This document shows, in pieces, positions 16,041-25,287 of a stretch of DNA of 25,856 bases. This DNA comes from a virus (lineage: Duplodnaviria > Caudoviricetes): positions 1 to 25,856 of the IMG/VR virus record IMGVR_UViG_3300023218_000068; one strand, written 5' to 3'. The position numbers were made by a program, and so were the translations under genes. The notes beneath the pieces are model-generated. The model saw only the letters and a list, made by a program, of their open reading frames with translations, was not told the origin of the DNA and made no database searches. Position 1 is the stretch's first letter, and each line of letters starts with the position of its first letter.

Positions 16041-16397
16041 ATGGCGTTCCATCTGCCACAATTGGACCTGCCCTCGAAAATCATCGCTCTGTCGGGTTCG
16101 GCCGCAAACATGGGCGTCGCCGTAGTCGCCTACGCGGAGAGCCAGCCGCTTTGGGTTGTCGCGATTGCCACGGCGCTGTCCATCCTGACGCCCGCCGGTG
16201 TTTGGTTTGTGCGCGGCTGGGTCGACCACATCGAGAAGCGGCACATGCACGCGGTCGAGCGCGAAAACGAGCGGCTCCGCGAGAAGCTGGAAAAGACAAA
16301 ACAAGAAATCGCGCAGGTCACGCGTGACCGCGATCAAGTCTCCGAGAGCCTAGACCGCTCTAAGCGGTTACTGCACGACATGGGGATCCAGACATGA
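16041..16397 (+). CDS. Holin-like membrane protein with C-terminal coiled coil
   Basis: Two hydrophobic segments then ERENERLREKLEKTKQEIAQV heptads; follows the protease. Confidence 0.65.
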   Translation: MAFHLPQLDLPSKIIALSGSAANMGVAVVAYAESQPLWVVAIATALSILTPAGVWFVRGWVDHIEKRHMHAVERENERLREKLEKTKQEIAQVTRDRDQVSESLDRSKRLLHDMGIQT

Positions 16398-16600
16398 AAT
16401 TCAATCGACGCGACGCGCTTTCGATCGCCGGAACAATCGGCCTTCTGATCGCCCTCTTGGCGGGATCGTTTGGAGGCGAGCCGAATGAGGAGATGGCTTC
16501 CCAAGCCGCCCAATTGATTGGCGTTCTCGCTGCCGCCTTGGGCTATGGCGGCGCGTCCCTGGCTGACGCGGCTGACCGGGGCAAGGATGCTTCCCCCTGA
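16394..16600 (+). CDS. Small two-TM holin-like protein
   Basis: ATGA overlap; two hydrophobic helices, charged ends. Confidence 0.65.
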   Translation: MKFNRRDALSIAGTIGLLIALLAGSFGGEPNEEMASQAAQLIGVLAAALGYGGASLADAADRGKDASP

Positions 16601-16700
16601 GTTCGACATCGTTGGCGTGTTGTGGCTGATCTTCCTTTGCGGCGTGGCGCTCAGGGCGCTCACGACGCTGACGGCCTTGATCACCCTGTTTTTTCTTTAA
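16587..16700 (+). CDS. 37-aa hydrophobic peptide
   Basis: MLPPEFDIVGVLWLIFLCGVALRALTTLTALITLFFL from ATG 16587. Confidence 0.45.
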   Translation: MLPPEFDIVGVLWLIFLCGVALRALTTLTALITLFFL

Positions 16701-16712
16701 GGGGGCGGGCTC

Positions 16713-17123
16713 ATGCTCGGCAAATCGATCGACCTCTCGGCCTTGCTTTGCCTGCTCGGCGGCGGCGTGATGCTCGGCCTGGCCGTGGCGCCCGGCGCGC
16801 TGCCGCACTCGCCGTACTGCGGCCTCACTATCGAGCAAGTGTTGCAGGCCGAGCCCCAGCAGCAATCAGGGACCACCCTTGACGACGTCAAGGCATTGGC
16901 CGGCGGCGCGTCGCTGTCGATCGGCGCCGTGATCGTCCTCTTGGCGCGGATGGCCTTCAAGCATCTCGAACACCGACGCGAACACGACAAGGTCAAGGCG
17001 CAGTCGCAGTCCGAGTTCTTGCTGGAACTGCACGAACGGCTGTTGAAGCGGATTGAGGAGGGACGAATGGGCGGACACAAATCAGACGCCGAGACGGCCA
17101 AGAAATCGGAAAGCGAGGATTGA
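16713..17123 (+). CDS. Two-TM membrane protein with charged C-terminus
   Basis: RBS AAGGGGG; two hydrophobic segments. Confidence 0.7.
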   Translation: MLGKSIDLSALLCLLGGGVMLGLAVAPGALPHSPYCGLTIEQVLQAEPQQQSGTTLDDVKALAGGASLSIGAVIVLLARMAFKHLEHRREHDKVKAQSQSEFLLELHERLLKRIEEGRMGGHKSDAETAKKSESED

Positions 17124-17317
17124 ACGTGTACGTTGTGCGTCGGGGCCCTGGCCAGTCCGTGTTGATCACGCACCAGGCATCGGGTGAATCGTTTCGAATC
17201 ATTGTCCGGCCCAGTAAGTCGGGGCAGTCAGTCGATCTCGTCTGTGACGATGACGAGCGACTGTTTTTGATCGAGCGTGAGGCTCGACAGCAGCCCGAAA
17301 CCGGGGAGCGGCGGTAA
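17120..17317 (+). CDS. CsrA/RsmA-like (carbon storage regulator fold) small protein
   Basis: YVVRRGPGQSVLI...FRIIV...GQSVDLVCD...FLIERE aligns by eye to LVLSRKxGESIxI...IxV...GxxVRLGI...VxRxE; TTGA overlap. Confidence 0.55.
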   Translation: MNVYVVRRGPGQSVLITHQASGESFRIIVRPSKSGQSVDLVCDDDERLFLIEREARQQPETGERR

Positions 17318-17320
17318 GTT

Positions 17321-17749
17321 GTGCCCGAGCGACGCAAGGCGGCCGCGAGGCGGAACCAGGGCGACCGTGACGCAAAGCAGGTCCGCGCCCTGGAGGCCCG
17401 CGCGCGTGGACTGACATGGCCCCAGGTCGCCCAAGAGGCGGGCTATGCCTCAGCCGATACGGCCATGTCCGCCGCGTACCGGGCGATCGAACGGCGGGCT
17501 CGGGAGTCACTGGACTACGCACGACATATCGATGTCGCGCGTTGCGAGCAGGTGATCGACCGTTACATGCCAGCGGCTTTACAGGGGGACTACGACGCGG
17601 CCCGCGTGCTGCTTCAACTCATGGGGATGAAGGCAAAACTTCTCGGTTTGGAACAGCGACCGGCACTGGCGAAGTCGCACGACATGGACGCCGAAGTCGC
17701 GATGTTTGTCGAGTCCGTGCGCCGGATCGCCGGAATCAAGGGCCAGTAA
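17321..17749 (+). CDS. Terminase small subunit (HTH type)
   Basis: RALEARARGLTWPQVAQEAGY HTH, GDYDAARVLL...AKLLGL; immediately upstream of TerL. Confidence 0.75.
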   Translation: MPERRKAAARRNQGDRDAKQVRALEARARGLTWPQVAQEAGYASADTAMSAAYRAIERRARESLDYARHIDVARCEQVIDRYMPAALQGDYDAARVLLQLMGMKAKLLGLEQRPALAKSHDMDAEVAMFVESVRRIAGIKGQ

Positions 17750-17754
17750 TCGCC

Positions 17755-19260
17755 GTGACCGCGAATGGGGCCAATCGTGACAAACTCGCCGAAATCGCCC
17801 GCCTGTATGGCCTGGTGCTACCGCCCGAGGCGGTCTGCCCAGGCCATGCGTCGCCGCTCGACTTCCTGGAATCGTGGTGTCTGGAGCGGCCCTCGGTCAG
17901 TCTCGTCACCGGCCCGCGCGGCGGTGGAAAGTCGTTCCTGTCCGCGTTTGCCATACACTTGGATTCGACCGCGCGACGCAATCACGCCACGAAGGTCCTT
18001 GGCGGATCGCTGGCGCAGTCGCAACAGATTTACCGGGCCTTACAACAGTTCGCCAGGCCGCCGACACCGGCCGGACTCTATGTGCGGAACACCGCAAGCG
18101 TGACCGAATACGCCACCGGCTCCGAGGTCAGCATTCTCGCCGCGTCGAGTAAGAGCGTTCGGGGGCCGCACGTGCCGACGTTGCGGCTTGACGAGGTCGA
18201 TGAAATCGATGACGACCTGCGGAATGAGGCGATGGGCATGTGCGTCAGCACGGACAGCGCCCGCGCTTCATTGGCGATGACAAGCACATGGCACCGTGTC
18301 GGCGGGCCGATGGCGCGGCTCCGTGATCAGGCCTTCGAGGCCGGTTGGCCGCAATGGACGTTCTGCATCTTCGACGTGCTGGAGCCATGCCAGGCCGAGC
18401 GGAGCGGCCCGCGCGTCGATGGTCCGGAACTGTATCAGAACTGCCCCGAATGTCCAATCCGACCGTATTGTCATGCGGATGTCCGGCCCACCCGCCGGTC
18501 CGGGCGCCCGGAGCCGAAAGCGAAGCGGTCGGCCGGCCACTATGCGATCGACGCCTTGATTCAGAAGGCGCGAATCGTCTCCGCTTCAGTCTTCGGCGCC
18601 GACTACCTTTGCGCCGGCCCTCGCTCCGAGGGCCTGTGGTTCCCGAACACGCCGCCGCAAATGGTCGATGCCCAGGCGGGTGAATATGATCCAGCGCTGC
18701 CTGTCTATCTCGCGATCGACTCGGGCGTGTTCACGTCCTGCGTTTGGTTCCAAGTCGCTGATTCCGGGCCGATGATCCGCGTGTTCGGCGACTATCTGTC
18801 CGAGGGCATCTCCGCGCGGGCCAGCGCTGCCGCCATCCTCGAAACGACGCGCAGCCTGTGCAACGATCGTCGTGATGCCATCTACACCGACCCGGCCGGC
18901 AAAGCAAGAACGGCGGTCGGCCCCACGGTGCTGGGTGAATATGAGCGGTCGGGGCTGAAGGCCGAGCCCTGGCCCCTGCGTCCCGTGGCCGACGGTCTAG
19001 CGCTGGTGGAGTCGTTCGTTGCACCCGCCGCCGGCGGATGTTCGATCGCCGTTCATCCCCGGTGCAAAAACCTGATCGCGGCGTTTCAGCACTACCGGCG
19101 GGCCAAGCGGGCGGGGCAGTGGATGGACTGGCCGGAGGACCCGCAGCACCCGCATGAGGACCTGATGGACGCCTTGCGCGGCGGACTCTGCGCTCGGTTC
19201 CCCGACGGTCGCCGGCCGGCTCCCAAGTATGCCACGGTCCAATCCGGCAAGGTCTTCTAG
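17755..19260 (+). CDS. terL: Terminase large subunit
   Basis: Walker A GPRGGGKS, Walker B LRLDEVDE, coupling MTST, nuclease AIDSG ... DLMDALR; start reassigned to GTG 17755. Confidence 0.92.
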   Translation: MTANGANRDKLAEIARLYGLVLPPEAVCPGHASPLDFLESWCLERPSVSLVTGPRGGGKSFLSAFAIHLDSTARRNHATKVLGGSLAQSQQIYRALQQFARPPTPAGLYVRNTASVTEYATGSEVSILAASSKSVRGPHVPTLRLDEVDEIDDDLRNEAMGMCVSTDSARASLAMTSTWHRVGGPMARLRDQAFEAGWPQWTFCIFDVLEPCQAERSGPRVDGPELYQNCPECPIRPYCHADVRPTRRSGRPEPKAKRSAGHYAIDALIQKARIVSASVFGADYLCAGPRSEGLWFPNTPPQMVDAQAGEYDPALPVYLAIDSGVFTSCVWFQVADSGPMIRVFGDYLSEGISARASAAAILETTRSLCNDRRDAIYTDPAGKARTAVGPTVLGEYERSGLKAEPWPLRPVADGLALVESFVAPAAGGCSIAVHPRCKNLIAAFQHYRRAKRAGQWMDWPEDPQHPHEDLMDALRGGLCARFPDGRRPAPKYATVQSGKVF

Positions 19261-19263
19261 CTC

Positions 19264-20943
19264 ATGCCGTCTGACATTGTCAAAAAGCGTCACCCGTCCT
19301 GGGAGAAACATGCCACGCATTGGCGCTGGCTGCTCGACTCGCTTGAGGGCGGCGACACTTACCGCTGGGCATCCTACGGGCAAGACAGCCGGGGCTTCCC
19401 GCTGCGCAACCTCGTGCGGCACAAACGCGAGTATCCGTCGCCGGGAGACGCCTTTGCGCATGTCGGGAGCCAGCAGGCTGGACAGCGTGACCTTTCGGAT
19501 GATTTCACCCTCCGGCTGATCCGCACGCCGGTCCCGGACTTTGTGGCCGAGGCCACCGACAAGCATATCGCGCGCATCTTCGCCGAAGAAATCCGCCGCG
19601 ACGGGCCGGAGGCCTACCTGAATTGGATTGTCGACGTCAACGGCCGACGTATGAGCGTCGACACCTGGATGCGGGATGAGATCGCGCGTCTGTTACTGAC
19701 GCTCGGCACGCTCGACGTGCTGGTCGATCACCCGCCGGGTTACACGCTTGATGGCGGCCCGATCACGCTGGCTGATGCCGAAGCTCGGCGGCTCGATCGC
19801 GTGGAGGCCACGATCATCCTGCCTCAGCATGTTTTCTGGTGGCGGCGCAATCGCAACGGCCAGTACGAGGAAGTGCTGAACGAAGAGTTCACCGAAGACG
19901 CTGATGGTAATCGCGTGTCTCGGTATCGGCATTGGACGGCTTCCGAGTGGCGCCTATACAACGGCGAGGGTGAACTGATCGCCCGCGCCGAGCATCCGTT
20001 CGGCCGCGTGCCGCAGGAACGCTTGGTTTTGCGGCCGAAGCCCCGCGACCGGGCGATCGGGCTGTCGCCGATGGAATCGACCGCTGAACGCCAACGCGAG
20101 TACTACAACCGCGACTCGGAGTTGATGCTGTCGGACACGACGCAAGCCCACCCGCTGCTCCAGGGCCCTGAGGACTATGTTCAGCCTGATGGCTCGGTGC
20201 CAGTCGGTCCGGGCTGGCTGCTGCCGAAGAAAAAGAACACCAGCGGCGGCTCCGCGACCTACGAGGGGTTCGAGGTTGTCGATTTCCCCAAGGGCGCGGC
20301 GGAGTCGCTCCGATCCAATCTCAGCAAACTGCGCGACGAAGTCGATCGCTCCAACGCCCTGACCAAGCCGGCGGGGTCATCCGGCATGGGCGGTTCGACG
20401 GTAGCGCAGTCGGGCGTGTCCAAAGGCTTCGATCATCGTGACCGCAACGAATTGCTCGCGACACTGGCTGAGGGCTTGGCGGCCGTGGAGGAATCGATCG
20501 GCCGGCTGGTGGTTCAGGTGGCGACCGATGGCCGGGCGACCGATGCCGAACTGGGTCGTGTGCAAATTGTCTATCCGAAGCAGTTCGATTTGCTGAACCA
20601 CGAAGAACCGAACGCAGCCATCGCCGATGTCCAGGCGGCCATGCGTGACGCCGGCGAATTGCCGGAAACCGAGACCGAGCTGATCTCCCGGCTCGTTGAG
20701 CGTGTCCTGGTCGGCCTTCCGGACGATTTGCAGCGGCGACTTCGGGAGGAAATCGAGGCCGCGATCGCCGCCAAGGCGAAGATGAAGGAAGAGCGGCGCA
20801 ACGCCCTGCCGCCGGTCATGGATTTCGGCCGGGAGGCGAATGACGCGCAACTGGATGAAGACGCTGAAGACAATGAGGACGCTGACGATCTGGACCAAGA
20901 CAACGAGGATGAGCCGGAACTCGATCCGGAAGGTGACGCATGA
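19264..20943 (+). CDS. Portal protein
   Basis: 559 aa after TerL; HPFGRVP and AQSGVSKGFD motifs, acidic tail. Confidence 0.85.
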   Translation: MPSDIVKKRHPSWEKHATHWRWLLDSLEGGDTYRWASYGQDSRGFPLRNLVRHKREYPSPGDAFAHVGSQQAGQRDLSDDFTLRLIRTPVPDFVAEATDKHIARIFAEEIRRDGPEAYLNWIVDVNGRRMSVDTWMRDEIARLLLTLGTLDVLVDHPPGYTLDGGPITLADAEARRLDRVEATIILPQHVFWWRRNRNGQYEEVLNEEFTEDADGNRVSRYRHWTASEWRLYNGEGELIARAEHPFGRVPQERLVLRPKPRDRAIGLSPMESTAERQREYYNRDSELMLSDTTQAHPLLQGPEDYVQPDGSVPVGPGWLLPKKKNTSGGSATYEGFEVVDFPKGAAESLRSNLSKLRDEVDRSNALTKPAGSSGMGGSTVAQSGVSKGFDHRDRNELLATLAEGLAAVEESIGRLVVQVATDGRATDAELGRVQIVYPKQFDLLNHEEPNAAIADVQAAMRDAGELPETETELISRLVERVLVGLPDDLQRRLREEIEAAIAAKAKMKEERRNALPPVMDFGREANDAQLDEDAEDNEDADDLDQDNEDEPELDPEGDA

Positions 20944-21719
20944 GAATTCTCTTGAACCCCGAGGCGGGCGAGGGCGGCGGAACTGAAGACGCCGAGCCGG
21001 AACCGAAGCAAGGGCAGGAACAGGCCAATCAGGCCAAGCACCAAGAGCCCAAGGCCGAGGCGTCGGAACCGAAGCCCGAACCGAACCCCGAGCCGAAAAC
21101 TGTATCGCTCACGGTGGATGAATACCAGCGCTACCGAGAGGCGATGGAAAAATACAACGAGGCCCAGAAGCAGCAGGAAGAGCGGCTGAAGGCCGAGGAA
21201 CAACAAAAGGCCAAGGCACTGGCCGACAAGGAGGGCGTTGAGGCCGCGCTGGAAAAGGTGCGCAAGGATTACGAAGACCGACTGACCACCACGGAAACGA
21301 AATACCGCGACACGCAAAACCGGCTGCTGGCGGCGGAAAAGCAGCGGGCCATCAGTTCGGCGCTCGGCGGCTACAAGTGGGCGGGCGACGATCCCCAGGC
21401 GACCGCGAATTTCGCGGCCAGTCAACTGGCGGGCGAGTTCGAGGCGCGGTTGAACGACAACGGAGAGGTCAAGGTCGTCGAGGCCGCCACGGGCCGGCCG
21501 GCGGCCGACGTGATCCGCGAGCGCCTGCAACACCCGACGTACAAGCTGCTCTTGCTGTCCGACCAAAAGGGTGGCTCCGGTGCGACCGACGCCGAGCCTG
21601 GCCCGCCGGCGCAAGAGGAGAAGGCCAAGAGCGCGGGCGAAATGATGATCGAATTCGAGCGCAATCGCGCCAAGCAGTCGGGCAAATACAGTCTCGTGGG
21701 CCGCAATCGCACGGCTTGA
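20940..21719 (+). CDS. Capsid scaffolding protein
   Basis: MRILLNPEAGEGGG start, charged coiled coil, KGGSGA; between portal and capsid. Confidence 0.8.
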   Translation: MRILLNPEAGEGGGTEDAEPEPKQGQEQANQAKHQEPKAEASEPKPEPNPEPKTVSLTVDEYQRYREAMEKYNEAQKQQEERLKAEEQQKAKALADKEGVEAALEKVRKDYEDRLTTTETKYRDTQNRLLAAEKQRAISSALGGYKWAGDDPQATANFAASQLAGEFEARLNDNGEVKVVEAATGRPAADVIRERLQHPTYKLLLLSDQKGGSGATDAEPGPPAQEEKAKSAGEMMIEFERNRAKQSGKYSLVGRNRTA

Positions 21720-21790
21720 GCGTAAATCTTGTTTCCAGACGCCGGATGACCCGTCGTGTTAATCACACCTAACACAACGGAGATCATCCG

Positions 21791-22930
21791 ATGGCTGTTC
21801 GTGGCATCCTGCCCCCGAAGGAACTCTCTCCCGAGATTCCGAACGTTTTCGACGCCTTCGCCCGCGAATTGGCGATCAACCAGTTCCCGCTCGTCGCGCG
21901 GCTGCCCCGCGAGCCGGTGACCGCGCGGGAGTTCAAACTGTTCTTCGCCGACCCGAGGACGCGTGACTATACGCTCGGCGCGGACATCGGTACGACCGGT
22001 GCAACGACGGTCACGCTCAACGACAACACGCCGCTGATGGTTGGCGACGTGCTCGAAGTCGGGACTGAGCGAATCGAAGTCACGGCGATTGACGCCGGTG
22101 GCGCGGACATCACGGTTGTGCGCGGCGTCGAGGGCACGACCGCCGCAACGCACTCAAACGGCGCCGCCGTCCAACTGATCGGCAACAGCCGGACGGGCGC
22201 GGAGGTTGACCAGACGGCCAACCGCGCGGCCCGGTCCTCGGTCACGCAGTACCTGCAAACCTTCCAGTACCCAGTCCAGGTCGGCGGCTTGTCCGCGGAA
22301 ATGAACGCCGCGTTGGCGGACTCGGACGCCAACCTGATTGAACAGGCGCGGCGGGAAAAGCTGGAAGAGATGGTCCGGGACGTCGAGTTCATCCTGTATT
22401 ACGGCATCGGCGAATCGGACTCCGACAGCTCGACGGGCCGCGCCAAGATGCGCGGCATCCGCGAATTCGCAAAAGCCGCCAACACGCTCACGACCGACCC
22501 GACAAACAAGGGCAGCTACAGTCCCGAGGACCTCGTCCGAGACGTCTTCGAGAAGGCAAAGGCAAACGGCTCGGATGTTGACATCCTGGTGGTCTCCACG
22601 GACTGGATGGAGGGCTTCTCAATCTGGGGCCACCCGCTTGTCCGGATCGACGCCGGGCAGACTGAATTGGGCGTCGACATCAAGACGTTTTCCTCGCCGT
22701 TCCTGGGTGATGTGCCCATTATTTTGAGCACGCAACTCCGACCCAAGACGGCCTTCGGCTTGGAGTCTTCGGAGGTTAAAATGCGGCATCGGCGGCAGGA
22801 ATCTTGGTTTCCACGCGGCCGGCGCGGTGACGCCTTCGAAGCCGACTGGATCGCCGACTTCGCGATCGATGTTGGCAAGCCGGCGCATCACGCCTGGGTT
22901 GAGGGAATCACGGCCTTCGCCGCATCGTAA
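21791..22930 (+). CDS. Major capsid protein (SU10/DUF5309-like, HK97 fold)
   Basis: YLQTFQYPVQVGG, KLEEMVRDVEFILYYG, AKMRGI motifs; RBS GGAG; follows the scaffold. Confidence 0.85.
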   Translation: MAVRGILPPKELSPEIPNVFDAFARELAINQFPLVARLPREPVTAREFKLFFADPRTRDYTLGADIGTTGATTVTLNDNTPLMVGDVLEVGTERIEVTAIDAGGADITVVRGVEGTTAATHSNGAAVQLIGNSRTGAEVDQTANRAARSSVTQYLQTFQYPVQVGGLSAEMNAALADSDANLIEQARREKLEEMVRDVEFILYYGIGESDSDSSTGRAKMRGIREFAKAANTLTTDPTNKGSYSPEDLVRDVFEKAKANGSDVDILVVSTDWMEGFSIWGHPLVRIDAGQTELGVDIKTFSSPFLGDVPIILSTQLRPKTAFGLESSEVKMRHRRQESWFPRGRRGDAFEADWIADFAIDVGKPAHHAWVEGITAFAAS

Positions 22931-22955
22931 CACCAAAAGCGTCCACCTTAGGGCC

Positions 22956-22977
22956 GCCGGGCGCACGACCGCCCGGC
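22956..22977 (+). terminator. GC-rich hairpin after the capsid gene (weak terminator or stabiliser)
   Basis: GCCGGGCG-CACGAC-CGCCCGGC; no U-tract. Confidence 0.4.
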
Positions 22978-22999
22978 TCTCACACACTTGGAGGCGGGT

Positions 23000-23410
23000 A
23001 TGGATGTGAATTTCGAGGGCGGTCGGAAGTATTTGGCGGATGCGTTACGGTCCACGGGCGTGGACATGGCCCGACTTCGCGACCGCGCTATGAAAGACGC
23101 GGACTATCGGTCGCTCGCGAAGCTCTTGGCGCAGGCGGGCCGAGCACCGATGGTCGATCGGCCGGGCATCTTGGCCGAGGCGCGCAAGCACTACCTCGTC
23201 ATCAAGGCGCGCCACGATGCGGCAACGCAAATGCTTGAGGAGGCCCTGCACTACTGCGGCCAGGACAAGCCGATTGAGCCTGGGGCAGCGGCCTCAGCCG
23301 CGACTGACGAAGCGTCGATCACGATTGGCGCTGAGCCTGAACCGGAGCCCAAGCCTGACGAAACCGCCGAGCGTAAGCCCAACCGATCCCGCCGATCGAA
23401 GAACCGCTAA
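23000..23410 (+). CDS. Hypothetical protein downstream of the capsid gene
   Basis: ATG 23000 behind GGAGG; TAATG overlap with the next gene. Confidence 0.75.
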   Translation: MDVNFEGGRKYLADALRSTGVDMARLRDRAMKDADYRSLAKLLAQAGRAPMVDRPGILAEARKHYLVIKARHDAATQMLEEALHYCGQDKPIEPGAAASAATDEASITIGAEPEPEPKPDETAERKPNRSRRSKNR

Positions 23411-24856
23411 TGCCGCTCATCCCTCAATCCGGACGCCGCGCCTCGAGTTCTCGGGTAAAGCGCGTGGCAATCCTCCGCCGACGCCGGGCTGTTGTGCCAG
23501 TCACGCCCTCGACAGCGCCCGGCCGGTTCATCTGGCTTCGGGCTGACGAGGGGGTGAACGCGCAGGGCGCGGCGCTGTTCGACGAAGCGCAATCGCATCA
23601 CCTTAGCATCCCAGACAACGCGTCGCTGAGTCTGTCGGGGAAAACGGAATTCTGGGTCGCGTGCTGGGTCAAGCTGGATGAACTTCTCTCGACAACCATG
23701 TCTATCGCCGGCCAGTTCGACGCGGCCTCAAGCGACGGCCAGTCTTGGAGGCTTCGCCTACGGGGCGACACTGCCGAGGTCAGCGCCAGCGTCAACGCGA
23801 ACGGGGACAAAATCCTCGACACGGGGTTCAACCTGGCTGTCGGCCAGTGGTATTTCCTCTTGTTTTGGCGGGACATTGACAATGAGTCACTCAACATCTC
23901 CATTAACGCGGCCAATTCGTTTGATCGATTCTTGGTTAATGGGGGTAGTATAAATGACACTACCACGCCGATTATGTTTGGCGCGATTCAGAACGGCGTC
24001 CTGCCGGATTTATTCTTTCCCGGCGCGATTGACCAACCCGCGCTCGGCAAGCCGCCCGGTGCAATTGCGGGCCTCATTACGGACATTGAGTCTAGCCTCT
24101 ACAACGGCGGGAATGGACTCGCTTATGCCGAATTGACCGCCCAGCAAAAGTCGGATTGGGGGCTGGAAGCCTACTGGGAGTTCGACGAAGCTTCCGGCAC
24201 GCGCAAGGACAGTCACGGGGCAAACGACCTTACTGACAACAATGGCGTCGGCCTCACGCTTGGCGTGGCCAAGAGCGAGGCCGATCCGGGCGACCCGGTG
24301 CAAGAGTGGCTCGACGCGATCGGCGGTAACAATTTCGCGTCCACCAGCGGCGGCACGTCCGCCAAGCCGACATTCCTGGACAGCCCGGACCGCGTGGTTT
24401 TCGACGGCACGGACGATCGTATCGACAAGACGGACGCGACCGTTCACGCATATCATAGAGATCGCCGAAATCCCGACTCCGCTGCCAACGGGTGTCGCGC
24501 TCTATGACGAATCGGATTCCGGCACTGGACGATACAAGCTGGCGATCAGTTTCGGCGGTGACTTTGCAATTGAAGTGAACGGCACAACGGCTGAGTTCAC
24601 AACGGCCATTGAATCGGGTGACGTGTTCGCTATCCGCCGCAATGGAACGACGGTCGAAGTGTGGCGCAACGGCACATCGATCGGGACTGGCACGGTCGGG
24701 AGCGGGGCATTGAGCGCCGGCGGGATCAGCCGGATCGGCGGCAACACGACCAGCGCGGGATTCACGGAATTCGACGCCGCGCACTTATGGGCTTCGGATC
24801 AAGCGTTGAGCAACCAACAAATCATTGACCTGTCCAACTGGTTCACAGACAACTAA
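23410..24856 (+). pseudogene. LamG/concanavalin-A-like virion protein, frameshifted near 24440
   Basis: ORF 23410-24507 (FWVACWVK, GQWYFL, LEAYWEFDE, VVFDGTDD) continues in the frame of 24242-24856 (PFTHIIE...VEVWRNG...DQALSNQQI); TAATG coupling at both ends. Confidence 0.7.
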
Positions 24857-25287
24857 TGGCATTTCTCGGCCACAATTGGACGCATCGTCACATCATCGTC
24901 GTCCACGAAGACGACCTTGAGACCGCGCGTGAGGCCTCGGTGGAGGTCGCACGCGAGGCGCTTGGCGCAACGGACGCCGAAGCCGATCGGGAGCGCGGAG
25001 GGTTTGTTCCCGTGCCCGGCTTGCCGGGTTTCTGGTGGCTCAACACTGCCTCAAGCCCCGCAATTCGGGCCGCCGTGCAAAAGCGGCTTCGGCGATTCAC
25101 GCGCGACGTGTACTTCGCATGGCTCGACCGCGACGGCAGGCCGGTCGCGGGCAAGGATGGGCTTGAGGCCGGGCGCCTGAACCCCGGCACCGGGCAGTTG
25201 CGGCGTGGCCGGTCAGGCGAGATCCAAGCCGGGCGCAAACTGCGGCCGGCGGAAACAATCGCCCACGTGCGGGAACTCTTCAGCTAA
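24856..25287 (+). CDS. Hypothetical protein, 143 aa
   Basis: TAATG overlaps at both ends. Confidence 0.75.
   Translation: MAFLGHNWTHRHIIVVHEDDLETAREASVEVAREALGATDAEADRERGGFVPVPGLPGFWWLNTASSPAIRAAVQKRLRRFTRDVYFAWLDRDGRPVAGKDGLEAGRLNPGTGQLRRGRSGEIQAGRKLRPAETIAHVRELFS

Noticed and set aside
17416-17754. N-terminal extension of TerL in the ORF track
   Set aside because: Overlaps terS and reads as shadow-frame sequence; the same applies to track extensions of RecT, YqaJ, the receiver gene and the phosphoesterase
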